Origin: Candidatus Epulonipiscioides gigas | GTDB taxonomy: Bacteria > Bacillota > Clostridia > Lachnospirales > Cellulosilyticaceae | Length of the DNA: 64,000 bases | Reading direction: 5' to 3' | NCBI GenBank assembly: GCA_001983555.1 | Contig: LJHE01000074.1 | Span: 17,384-81,383 of the forward strand | Shown here: positions 8,116 through 16,949 of the stretch, one piece after another | How positions within the stretch are numbered: the stretch's first letter is position 1 | How the letters are laid out: each line of letters starts with the position of its first letter | Program-made: the position numbers and the translations under genes | The notes under the pieces: model-generated | What the model was told of the DNA's origin: nothing | Seen by the model: the letters and a program-made list of their open reading frames with translations, nothing else | Database searches by the model: none

Positions 8116-10368
8116 ATGCCACATTCACACTTAAATAAATTAACAGACTATTATACCAGCAATAGACAAGAAGGATTTATATATAGAATTCATGGAAAAA
8201 ATAAGTATATTGAAAAATTTTTAGCGGATTATTATGAACAAGTTAAAAGTTATGGGTTGCTTATAGAAGTTAAAATACCAACTCCAACTGAAGATAATAT
8301 AAGATTTTATAAAGATGTTTTAACTGATCAATTTATATTATCCTACGAATTTATAGAAAATAATTTAGAAAAATGGCTCACTGTTGCAACAAAATCTACA
8401 AGAGAAATGTTTGCAAAACATTTGTACAAAACCTTATCACAACACAAGTCATCAGGCAAAAATACAAACATTCTAAAAAATACTTATATAAAATTTATGT
8501 GCTGGGCATATTTTCGTTTTCAACGAGTATTAAATTTTACACCTGTTAATAATAATAGTACAAAAATTTTGTATATTGGAGAATTGTCCAAACATGAATT
8601 AGAATTTTTATCCATTTTAGCTTTTTGTGGTGCGGATGTGTTAATTGTTTCTCGTACAGATGAGGTAAAATACAAAATACTAGATCCAAAAGATGAGCTT
8701 TCTTATATATATAAAGAACCGACAATGATACCGTTTGGAGCTGAATATAGAGCAGCTTATATACAAGAAATTATTAATAAAAAAATTCAAGCTGAAAAGG
8801 AGAGAAATATTATAAAAAGTTATAGCAATGAATGGGTAAATGATGATGCATTTTTAGGACTTATTACTAAAACTAAAGTTCGTAACGCAAAACCTGGTTA
8901 TTTTAACAATATTTTTGTATGTTTTAAAGGAGCAGATGACACAACTTCTTTTGCCAAAAAATTAAATAATCTTTATCAAAACATATTAGAGACAAATCGT
9001 CCATATGTAATAGAAAATCAAATACCTGTTCTCTGGCCAAATGAAATTTCAATCGTAAAAAGAAAATTAATTACCAGTGAAGACGATATGTGTGATGATT
9101 TAAAAAGAAATATAGAAAAAATACCTAATAGAATTTTTTTGGAATCAGCTCAAGAAACTTTTGTAAAAATTGCAAAAGAGATAAATTTTAAAGAAAAAAG
9201 TTTACAAAAATCAACTAATAAATTAGTACAAATGCTTGCTCTATATAAACGATATGAAAATACTTTGTTTGAAAAATCGAGCGAATACCCTCCCATATTT
9301 ATTTTATTTGGTCATACAAAAAATGATATAGAAGTAAACTTTTTAAAATTTTTGGCAAGACTATATGTGGATGTTGTAATTATTCTTAAAGATCCTAATG
9401 AGCAAGTGAATAATGACCCTAATTTATGTATAGTTGAATATGACAATAAGTTAAAGCTAGATGAATTTCCAAAAACTCTTGATAGTATTGTAGCTACAAC
9501 TACTGCATATAATGCTGAACAAGATTTAGAAAATTTAATTTATACTGATACAGGGCTATATAAACAGCATCAAATTGGCAAAGCAAGCAGTTTAACATTA
9601 CGTACAACTTGTGAAGAACTAGATATTTTATGGAAAGAAGAGCTAAAGTTTAGACCGAATTTTAATGTTGAAAACAATAATGTTATAATGCCAGTAATTT
9701 TTGCTAAAATTTCGGGAGTTAAAAATGATAACATAAAAGAATATTATAAAAGAGTTCAAAATTTTGTAATACCTAAAAATACTTTGGTCAAAGTTGCTCC
9801 ACCTTTTATTAATAGAGAAGTTAAATATATGGATTCTACTTCTGCTTCTCATTTTTTAAAAAATGGTCGTCTTTTAAAAGAAGATATTAAAAAGCATCGA
9901 GATTATAAGTTTGGTCATTTAAGACGAGAAATGCAAGATCATCTTTTGGATAAAATAGAGTTATTAATAAATCTCCGATTAATCGAAGGAACGGGTAAAA
10001 ATGGCGTAGAATATTTAATTTTACAATCATTATTAAATCTTGATGATAACTTTTTAAAACAAATGCAAAAATTTGATTTTACTAAACAAAATCCTAAAGT
10101 TGTTGTAATTCATACAAAAGAGCGACAGCATTCAATTGAAGATGCAATATTTTTAGTGTATTCAAATTTAGTTGGTTGTGATATAATTATTATTTCACCT
10201 ACTGGTTATAGAAGTTTTGAAAGATTTTATTCTAAGGACATAATACAAGAACATCAAGATGGAGAATATCGTTACGATTTAACCGCTAACGAGATATTAA
10301 CTCAGCAAAAATTAATTCCAAAAGCTAAAAATATTATAGAAAAAATGATTAATAAATGGAATAACTAG
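8116..10368 (+). CDS. Large (~750 aa) soluble protein of unknown function, possibly YceG-like, immediately upstream of telA.
   Basis: The start is placed at ATG 8116, which has a strong SD (aggggggg) 5 nt upstream. The TTG at 8065 reported by the ORF finder lies in the terminator T-tract. No recognisable catalytic motif. Four recurring beta-alpha-beta-like segments (ILYIGELS..ADVLIVS; IFVCFKGADD; IFILFGHT..VDVVIIL; VVVIHTKE..CDIIIIS). It sits 29 nt upstream of telA, the position yceG occupies relative to yceH/telA in the Bacillus yceCDEFGH operon. Confidence 0.6.
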   Translation: MPHSHLNKLTDYYTSNRQEGFIYRIHGKNKYIEKFLADYYEQVKSYGLLIEVKIPTPTEDNIRFYKDVLTDQFILSYEFIENNLEKWLTVATKSTREMFAKHLYKTLSQHKSSGKNTNILKNTYIKFMCWAYFRFQRVLNFTPVNNNSTKILYIGELSKHELEFLSILAFCGADVLIVSRTDEVKYKILDPKDELSYIYKEPTMIPFGAEYRAAYIQEIINKKIQAEKERNIIKSYSNEWVNDDAFLGLITKTKVRNAKPGYFNNIFVCFKGADDTTSFAKKLNNLYQNILETNRPYVIENQIPVLWPNEISIVKRKLITSEDDMCDDLKRNIEKIPNRIFLESAQETFVKIAKEINFKEKSLQKSTNKLVQMLALYKRYENTLFEKSSEYPPIFILFGHTKNDIEVNFLKFLARLYVDVVIILKDPNEQVNNDPNLCIVEYDNKLKLDEFPKTLDSIVATTTAYNAEQDLENLIYTDTGLYKQHQIGKASSLTLRTTCEELDILWKEELKFRPNFNVENNNVIMPVIFAKISGVKNDNIKEYYKRVQNFVIPKNTLVKVAPPFINREVKYMDSTSASHFLKNGRLLKEDIKKHRDYKFGHLRREMQDHLLDKIELLINLRLIEGTGKNGVEYLILQSLLNLDDNFLKQMQKFDFTKQNPKVVVIHTKERQHSIEDAIFLVYSNLVGCDIIIISPTGYRSFERFYSKDIIQEHQDGEYRYDLTANEILTQQKLIPKAKNIIEKMINKWNN

Positions 10369-10397
10369 AAATAATATATAGAAAGGATGTTTAATAA

Positions 10398-11531
10398 ATG
10401 GCAATAAATATGGGGGCTAAAGACAATTCAATGCTACAAAAATCGATCTCAGATAATAATGAATTTGCCGTATCTGAATATAATATTCAAGAAGATGTCG
10501 ATAAATTTGTACAAAATTTGCAAGGCTCACAGGTTATTGAAGATTTAACAGCTCTGATAGATATTGGAAATCCTGAAACAATTGTAACTTTTGGTAATGA
10601 AGTTGCAACTGAACTTTCAAAGACTTCTGATACAGTTTTAAACAATATGAGCATAGATAAAATCAATGAATCAAGTCAAATGTTAGAAATACTTGGTAAT
10701 ATTATGGATCAATTTAATATTGATGAAATTCAAGCAACAGAAAATCAAAATTTATTTTCTAAATTTTTAAATAATGGTCAAAAAAAACTTGAGCAAATCT
10801 TAAATAAATACAATACTATAGGTAGCGAAGTTGATAAAGTGTACATTCAACTTAAAGAATATGAAAAAGAAATTCATGAATCTAATAAGAATTTAGAAAA
10901 AATATTTCAAAGTAATGTTAATTTTTATCATAATCTTTTAGAATATATCGTCGCAGGTGAACAAGGTGTTAAAGAAATAGAAGATTATATTGCTCAAAGA
11001 AGAGCAGAATTTGAGAAAACTGGAGATACATCTATCCATTTTGAAATTGCAAATTTAGAGCAAGCTTCTCAAATGTTAGCGCAACGTACTCTAGATCTTA
11101 GAATTGCGGAAAATGTGGCATTACAATCTATACCAATGCTTAAAACAATGCAATTTAGTAATTTAAATCTTATTAGAAAAATTAATTCAGCTTTTATAAT
11201 TACTTTACCTATTTTCAAGCAATCTCTTGCACAGGCTATTATGTTAAAGCGCCAAAAAATACAATCTGAAGCTATGTCTGCACTTGACAAAAAAACAAAT
11301 GAAATGCTCTTAAAAAATGCTCAAAATACAGTAGAGCAAGCTAAATTAATATCTAAACTTGCATCTTCTAGCTCTATAAAAGTGGATACATTAGAACAGA
11401 CTTGGCAAATAATAAAAGATGGAATAGAAGAAACTAAACAAATACAAAAAGAAGTCTTATCAGAACGACAATCAGATATAAAACGTTTAAGTACTATAAA
11501 AGAAGATTTAAAAAATTCTTTTGTTAAATAA
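10398..11531 (+). CDS. telA: TelA-family toxic-anion-resistance protein (KlaA/TelA/YceH-like)
   Basis: 377-aa all-helical protein with TelA-like length and composition. It is tightly linked to two TerD genes. The family assignment rests on recognition of the family plus gene context. Confidence 0.65.
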   Translation: MAINMGAKDNSMLQKSISDNNEFAVSEYNIQEDVDKFVQNLQGSQVIEDLTALIDIGNPETIVTFGNEVATELSKTSDTVLNNMSIDKINESSQMLEILGNIMDQFNIDEIQATENQNLFSKFLNNGQKKLEQILNKYNTIGSEVDKVYIQLKEYEKEIHESNKNLEKIFQSNVNFYHNLLEYIVAGEQGVKEIEDYIAQRRAEFEKTGDTSIHFEIANLEQASQMLAQRTLDLRIAENVALQSIPMLKTMQFSNLNLIRKINSAFIITLPIFKQSLAQAIMLKRQKIQSEAMSALDKKTNEMLLKNAQNTVEQAKLISKLASSSSIKVDTLEQTWQIIKDGIEETKQIQKEVLSERQSDIKRLSTIKEDLKNSFVK

Positions 11532-11564
11532 ATTGAATTTGAAAAATAAAAAGGAGACATAACG

Positions 11565-12143
11565 ATGGCAATCAATCTTCAAAAAGGACAAAAAGTAAAT
11601 CTTACAAAATCATATAAATCAATTTCAAAACTTTTAATAGGTCTTGGATGGGATATTAATTCTTATGATGGCAACTTTGAGTTTGATTTAGACACTAGTA
11701 TTTTTATGATTGGACAAAATGACAAAGTTATGAAAGATAGTGATTTCATTTTCTATGGTAATCTAAAACATGATAGTGATTCTGTAGAACATATGGGTGA
11801 CAACAGAACTGGCGAAGGAGATGGTGACGATGAAGTTATAAAAATAGATTTGACTAAAGTTCCATCTGAAATTAAAAAAATTGTTTTTACCACCACAATT
11901 TATGACGCTGTAGAAAGAAATCAAAATTTTGGGCAAATTTCAAATGCTTTTATTAGAATAGTTGATGCAACAAGTAATACTGAACTATTAAAATATAATC
12001 TTGGAGAAGATTTTTCTATTGAAACAGCCCTTGTCGTCGGAGAAATATACCGTTATGATAATGATTGGAAGTTTGCTGCTATAGGAAGTGGATATAGCGG
12101 TGGGCTGAAAATGCTTTGCCAAGTTTATGGAGTGGATGTTTAA
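11565..12143 (+). CDS. TerD-family stress protein (paralog 1)
   Basis: 192 aa with the canonical TerD N-terminus MAINLQKGQKVNLTK, the GDNRTGEGDGDDEVI Ca-binding-type motif and a C-terminal FAAIGSGYSGGL. AAAGGAG SD. Confidence 0.85.
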   Translation: MAINLQKGQKVNLTKSYKSISKLLIGLGWDINSYDGNFEFDLDTSIFMIGQNDKVMKDSDFIFYGNLKHDSDSVEHMGDNRTGEGDGDDEVIKIDLTKVPSEIKKIVFTTTIYDAVERNQNFGQISNAFIRIVDATSNTELLKYNLGEDFSIETALVVGEIYRYDNDWKFAAIGSGYSGGLKMLCQVYGVDV

Positions 12144-12232
12144 CTGTCAACAAATCCATTGAAATGGTATATACTTGTGAAAACAAGTATATTGACATGC
12201 ATGACTATAAGTATTAAAAGGAGAGATAAGAA

Positions 12233-12814
12233 ATGGCAGTCAATTTATCTAAAGGTCAAAAAGTTAGTTTAACTAAAGACAGAGCATCTTTATCAAAAAT
12301 ATCAGTAGGTCTTGGATGGGATACTAAACGTTTTGATGGAGGTTCAGATTTCGATTTAGATAGTGTAATTTTTTTAGTTACTGGAAATGGTAGTGTTAAA
12401 GACCAAGATGATTTTATATTTTATGGTAATTTAACTCATAAAACAGGTTCTGTTCAACACATGGGTGATAATAAAACTGGTATTGGTGATGGTGATGATG
12501 AAGTTATAAATATTACCCTTAAGGATATTCCACCTTATGTTGAGCGTATAATTATAGCTGCTACAATTTATGAAGCTGAACAACGAAATCAAAACTTTGG
12601 TCAAGTAGAAAATGCTTATATAAAAATTTATGATCAACTAAAAAATGAAACTATATTGCAATATGACTTAAATGAAGATTTTTCTATAGAAACATCTATG
12701 GTTTTTGGAGAAATTTATAGAAATAATGATGAATGGAAATTTAATGCCATAGGAAGTGGATTTTTCGGAGGACTTGCTGCTCTTTGTGCAACTTATGGAT
12801 TAGACGCTAATTAA
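12233..12814 (+). CDS. TerD-family stress protein (paralog 2)
   Basis: 193 aa carrying MAVNLSKGQKVSLTK, GDNKTGIGDGDDEVI and FNAIGSGFFGGL. Clear paralog of the preceding gene. AAAGGAG SD. Confidence 0.85.
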   Translation: MAVNLSKGQKVSLTKDRASLSKISVGLGWDTKRFDGGSDFDLDSVIFLVTGNGSVKDQDDFIFYGNLTHKTGSVQHMGDNKTGIGDGDDEVINITLKDIPPYVERIIIAATIYEAEQRNQNFGQVENAYIKIYDQLKNETILQYDLNEDFSIETSMVFGEIYRNNDEWKFNAIGSGFFGGLAALCATYGLDAN

Positions 12815-12844
12815 TTAAATTAAGAAACGGAGAATAGAAATAAT

Positions 12845-13216
12845 ATGAAAATTCATACAAATAATGCTCCAGCTGCAATTGGACCATATTCACAAGCTAT
12901 AACACATCAAAATTTAATCTTTACTTCAGGTCAAATTCCGTTAAACCCAGAAACTGGTGAGATAGTTGGAGACACAATTACAGAGCAGACAGAACAAGTT
13001 TTAAAAAATTTAGGAGAAGTATTAAAAGAAGGCAATTCTAGTTTTGAAAATGCTATTAAATGTACTTGCTTTTTAACTGATATGAGAGATTTTGCCGCTT
13101 TTAATGAAGTATACACAAAGTATTTTACGAGCGATCCTGCACGCTCTTGTATTGCGGTTAAAACTCTTCCAAGAAACGTCTTAGTAGAAGTTGAATGTGT
13201 TGCTCATATTAACTAG
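12845..13216 (+). CDS. ridA: RidA/YjgF-family reactive-intermediate (enamine/imine) deaminase
   Basis: 123 aa with PAAIGPYSQA.., ..FTSGQIP.. and a C-terminal ..RSCIAV..LP..VLVEVE.. typical of the YjgF/RidA family. Confidence 0.8.
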   Translation: MKIHTNNAPAAIGPYSQAITHQNLIFTSGQIPLNPETGEIVGDTITEQTEQVLKNLGEVLKEGNSSFENAIKCTCFLTDMRDFAAFNEVYTKYFTSDPARSCIAVKTLPRNVLVEVECVAHIN

Positions 13217-13247
13217 GTTTTTAGGGATTAAATAAATAAAAATTATG

Positions 13248-13290
13248 AGCTAGGAGTAAAAAATAAAAGCTCCTAGTTTACTATTTTAAT
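13248..13290 (+). terminator. Rho-independent terminator after ridA
   Basis: Stem gctaggag/ctcctag(t) with an A-rich loop, followed by tttactatttt. Confidence 0.55.
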
Positions 13291-13435
13291 TATTTATTAC
13301 ATATTTTTTGTGCGCAAGAATAAACTAAATAAAGAAGAATATATAGATTAGTTAGGCTGTTTTAATTTAATAAAAAAGGGGGGAACTGCTCGATAATGGG
13401 TCATAATGTTCGGTATGGGTCTTTAGATAGCAGTA

Positions 13436-14818
13436 GTGCAAATGGAGAATACAACAAATAAAATCAATCTTGGAGAAGGAAATGTAGGAAAACTTATTTT
13501 TAAATTAGCAATTCCTACAGTTGCATCTCAAATTGTAAATATGTTATATAATATTGTTGATAGAATGTATATAGGAAATATGGAAGGAGATGGAGTATTA
13601 GCTCTTACGGGTCTTGGTTTATGCTTTCCAATAATTATGATTGTTTCAGCATTTGCTGCATTATTTGGAATGGGTGGAGCTCCAAAAGCAGCTATTGAAA
13701 TGGGTAAGGGCGACAATAATAAAGCAGAGCTCATTCTTGGTAACTGTTTAATAAGTTTACTAATTTTTGGTATTGGTTTAATGATTATTCTCTTATTATT
13801 TGGAGAGCGACTTTTATATATGTTTGGAGCAAGTGATAATACAATTGTTTTTGCTATGGATTATTTGAGGATTTATACCATTGGAACACTTTTTGTGCAA
13901 ATTGCTCTTGGTCTTAATCTGTTTATAACAACTCAAGGTTTTACAAAATATAGTATGTTAACTGTTGTTATAGGAGCAACATTAAATATTATACTAGACC
14001 CCATTTTCATATTTGGCTTTGATATGGGTGTTAAAGGAGCAGCTCTTGCAACAATAATTTCTCAAGCTGTATCTGCTACATGGGTTTTATGTTTTTTGGT
14101 TGGAAAAAAATCTAAATTAAAAATTAGAGTCAAAAATTTTAAAATTAAATCATCAATTATTTTACCTGTTATGGCACTGGGAATTTCACCTTTTATTATG
14201 CAATCAACAGAAAGTATTTTAAATATTTCATTTAATGTATCTTTATCCAAATATGGCGGGGACTTAGCTGTTGGAGCTATGACTATAATTAGTAGCATAA
14301 TGTCTTTAACGCTTATGCCTTTGCAAGGAATTACACAAGGAGCTCAGCCTGTTATAAGTTTTAATTTTGGTGCACAAAATTTTGATAGAGTAAAACAAGC
14401 TATACGCATACAAATCTTAGTTTGTGTAACATTTTCTATAGTTTGTTGGTTATTACTAGAAATATTTTCTACACTATTTATATCAATCTTTAATGACGAA
14501 GCTGAGCTTTTAGAAATTACAACTTGGTGCATGAGAGTTTATATGTTTGGAATATGTTCCCTTGGACTTCAAATTGCTTGCCAATATTCGTTCATTGCTT
14601 TAGGATATGCAAAAATTTCATTATTACTTGCATGCCTTAGAAAAATAATTCTTTTAATACCACTAATATTTATTTTGCCTAACTTTTTTGAAAATAAAGT
14701 TTTTGCAGTATTTGTTGCAGAACCAATAGCAGATATTACAGCAAGCATTATTACAGCTATTACATTTTTTACTGTATTTTGGAATAGACCTGAGTTTAAA
14801 AAAATAAAAGAAAAATAA
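13436..14818 (+). CDS. MATE-family efflux transporter
   Basis: About 12 TM segments and an N-terminal KLIFKLAIPTVASQIVNMLYNIVDRMYIG, typical of MATE/NorM proteins. The start is GTG 13436 or ATG 13442 with a weak SD. Confidence 0.8.
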   Translation: MQMENTTNKINLGEGNVGKLIFKLAIPTVASQIVNMLYNIVDRMYIGNMEGDGVLALTGLGLCFPIIMIVSAFAALFGMGGAPKAAIEMGKGDNNKAELILGNCLISLLIFGIGLMIILLLFGERLLYMFGASDNTIVFAMDYLRIYTIGTLFVQIALGLNLFITTQGFTKYSMLTVVIGATLNIILDPIFIFGFDMGVKGAALATIISQAVSATWVLCFLVGKKSKLKIRVKNFKIKSSIILPVMALGISPFIMQSTESILNISFNVSLSKYGGDLAVGAMTIISSIMSLTLMPLQGITQGAQPVISFNFGAQNFDRVKQAIRIQILVCVTFSIVCWLLLEIFSTLFISIFNDEAELLEITTWCMRVYMFGICSLGLQIACQYSFIALGYAKISLLLACLRKIILLIPLIFILPNFFENKVFAVFVAEPIADITASIITAITFFTVFWNRPEFKKIKEK

Positions 14819-14819
14819 T

Positions 14820-14885
14820 AATTAGCAATCATCACATTATGTTACAATTTAATTACTTTTGTGACATAATGATTGCCAAAATCAT
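14820..14885 (+). terminator. Imperfect long hairpin after the MATE gene (gcaatcat(cacat)tatgt...acataatgattgc), probable terminator
   Basis: 13-bp interrupted palindrome followed by a T-rich stretch. An extended -10 (TGaTATAAT) for the next gene follows at about 14893-14901. Confidence 0.4.
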
Positions 14886-14933
14886 GTTTGTTTGATATAA
14901 TATAAAAGTAAAAAATAATGAGGAGGATTTAGC

Positions 14934-16151
14934 ATGAAATTATTAAAGAAAAAATCGATTTGGATTGCAGCTACAGTTGCTCTAGCTGTGACTATTCCAG
15001 TTTTTGCGGCTGGAAATTTTCAAACCCTAGAAGCATATTATAATAATATTAGGGTTACCGTAAATGATGAATATAAAACACTCAAACATGAGCCATTTAT
15101 TGTTGATGGAGTTACATATGTAGGTGTACGTGATATTGGCAGTTTGTTTAATATATCTGCAAATTGGAATGTTATGACTCAAACGGTCGAACTTACCGGT
15201 GGATTATCATCACAAGAAGCTCTTATGTATACTCAGCAAATAACTGCACTACAAGCTGAACTAGAAGATGTGACTAATAAGTTGACACAATATCAACAAT
15301 CTTCATCAGGTAATTATAATTCTAATTCTAATAGTCAATCTAGTAATCCATGGAATAATTCATCTAGTAACACCTGGAATAGTAATCAGTCGTCTAGTAA
15401 TACCCAATATGATACAAATGGATTTTTGCTAGTTGATGTAGATGACATTGAAGATATGTTACATGATGAATATGAAGATTATGAAGATGTAGAATGGACA
15501 TTCAGTCTTTCTCCAAAATCAAGCTATATAAAATTTGATATTGAATTTGATGGAGATGATTATTTAGATGATTATGAAGATATTAGTTCTTCAAAACTTG
15601 AAAGATTTATAGAAGATATGTGCGATGATATTATGGCAGAGCTTGAAGGGTCAATATATGAACGTCATGATATAGAAGGTGATATACATGATGCAGATAA
15701 TGATGAAGATTTATGGTCATTTGAGTATACAGACGGGGATATAGAAGCAGAAGAAAATGAAGCATTCCCTAACCTTGACGAGTTAGAAGATTTGATTTTA
15801 GATGATATCATTACAGATGACTATGATGATGTTTTTGAAATAGATCCACCTAATAGTGATGATGACATTGAAATTGATATTGATGATGTGACGTTAGAGG
15901 TAAATGATGATGAAGATGCTGTTATATTTACAGTTGATATAGATTTTGATAGTGGTGAACAAACTCATTGGGATGAACTATTTGATTTATTAGATAAAAT
16001 ACCAGAAGCAGAAGATCTTATGGAAGATATTGAAAAAGAGATAGAAGATGAATATAATATTGACCGTACAGATGATGAAATAATAGGATATCTTAAAGAC
16101 GGTAGTACTACACTTATAGAATATGACGATAAAGGATTTGATTATAAATAA
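14934..16151 (+). CDS. Secreted protein with a copper-amine-oxidase N-terminal-like (stalk) domain, an S/N-rich linker and a hyper-acidic D/E-rich C-terminal half
   Basis: Signal peptide (MKLLKKKSIWIAATVALAVTIPVFAAG). The CuAO-N-like segment is YNNIRVTVNDEYKTLKHEPFIVDGVTYVGVRDIGSLFNISANW. The last ~250 aa are roughly 40% D+E. GGAGG SD. Confidence 0.6.
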   Translation: MKLLKKKSIWIAATVALAVTIPVFAAGNFQTLEAYYNNIRVTVNDEYKTLKHEPFIVDGVTYVGVRDIGSLFNISANWNVMTQTVELTGGLSSQEALMYTQQITALQAELEDVTNKLTQYQQSSSGNYNSNSNSQSSNPWNNSSSNTWNSNQSSSNTQYDTNGFLLVDVDDIEDMLHDEYEDYEDVEWTFSLSPKSSYIKFDIEFDGDDYLDDYEDISSSKLERFIEDMCDDIMAELEGSIYERHDIEGDIHDADNDEDLWSFEYTDGDIEAEENEAFPNLDELEDLILDDIITDDYDDVFEIDPPNSDDDIEIDIDDVTLEVNDDEDAVIFTVDIDFDSGEQTHWDELFDLLDKIPEAEDLMEDIEKEIEDEYNIDRTDDEIIGYLKDGSTTLIEYDDKGFDYK

Positions 16152-16157
16152 AATAAC

Positions 16158-16190
16158 GGGGCTGTTGTCATAACAGCCCCTATTTGCTAT
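16158..16190 (+). terminator. Rho-independent terminator
   Basis: 9-bp GC-rich stem ggggctgtt/aacagcccc with a 5-nt loop, then tatttgctatagtttttt. Confidence 0.7.
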
Positions 16191-16195
16191 AGTTT

Positions 16196-16406
16196 TTTAT
16201 TGCAAGCTTAGCTCAGTGAACTACCCCCACTTATAGAAGTGTGGGTTTCTTGCGTAAGCCGAACTAATGTTCAGTAATTTAGCAAGCTCTACGGGTCGTC
16301 CCAACCCTGAACTATAAACTGATTATATTATATTTAGTTTATAAAGTCAAGAGATTTTTAGCAATTAATCCCGCCACCTATAGAGGTGGGAGAATTCTTG
16401 CTAGTT
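16196..16406 (+). repeat. Non-coding repeat element, copy A. It holds two 'cccac-N-gtggg' hairpins, each followed by TTCTTG, plus a ~75-nt core shared in inverted orientation with the element at about 54.46-54.53 kb.
   Basis: cccccacttatagaagtgtgggtttcttgcgtaagccgaactaatgttcagta...ctacgggtcgtcccaaccctgaact is about 85% identical to the reverse complement of 54461-54530. A second hairpin is cccgccacctatagaggtgggagaattcttg. Confidence 0.5.
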
Positions 16407-16949
16407 TTAGTTAAAGTCTAAAACAATATCTACTTCATCCCCTTCAAGAGGCTTATAATTTATGATAGCTCCATATCCATTTGGACTGGTAGTGCTATAC
16501 CAAAATAGTTCTTTTTTTAATTTTTCATCGAGCATTTCAAAAGTCATAGTTTGATTCCAATAAATTTTGTTATCATGATCTCTATTGTTATCTACGTATG
16601 TAATTGTATTCTCGTTAATATCTGTAATAAATATTGTGTGATCTGTAACATCGCTATTTCTATATCGTACCATATCTCCAATAGATAAATTTTCAATTTG
16701 AGAATCAGTAGCAGTTGCTCCAAATATTTCATAGCCTTCATTATGACCATTTTTGCTTTCAACGTCGTAAATTTCACCAGTTAAAAATCTTGCTAGACCA
16801 TGACATTCCCATCCAAGTACTAAACCATTGTATGAAAATTCATATTGTTCAGTACCATCAGGATATTCTAACTGAAGTTCTTCAATTTTAGTATTAAATT
16901 CATTCATGGTAATAGATGTATGAGCAAAGATAGGTATCTTAAACGACAT
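16407..16949 (-). CDS. NlpC/P60-CHAP-like papain-fold cysteine peptidase (probable cell-wall hydrolase). It is probably secreted and its true start may lie upstream at a non-canonical codon.
   Basis: Cys/His pair in GWECHGLARF ... DHTIFITDI. The in-frame upstream extension (..ILRFLILSIII-MSFKIPIFAHTSIT) looks like a signal peptide. An AGGAGG SD sits at 16990-16995, but only ATA/ATT codons lie between it and the ATG. Confidence 0.5.
   Translation of the reverse strand: MSFKIPIFAHTSITMNEFNTKIEELQLEYPDGTEQYEFSYNGLVLGWECHGLARFLTGEIYDVESKNGHNEGYEIFGATATDSQIENLSIGDMVRYRNSDVTDHTIFITDINENTITYVDNNRDHDNKIYWNQTMTFEMLDEKLKKELFWYSTTSPNGYGAIINYKPLEGDEVDIVLDFN

Noticed and set aside
13217-13435. 220-nt spacer before the MATE gene with a G-run (aaaaaggggggaa), considered as a riboswitch
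   Set aside because: No conserved riboswitch core was recognised. Part of the spacer is the ridA terminator, and the remainder is AT-rich with no convincing structure.
16200-16260. tRNA-like fragment ('gcaagcttagctcagtgaactaccccc' resembles a tRNA D-arm)
   Set aside because: No cloverleaf can be built. There is no anticodon stem, no T-arm GTTCRANYC and no 3' acceptor complement. It is better explained as part of the dispersed repeat element.
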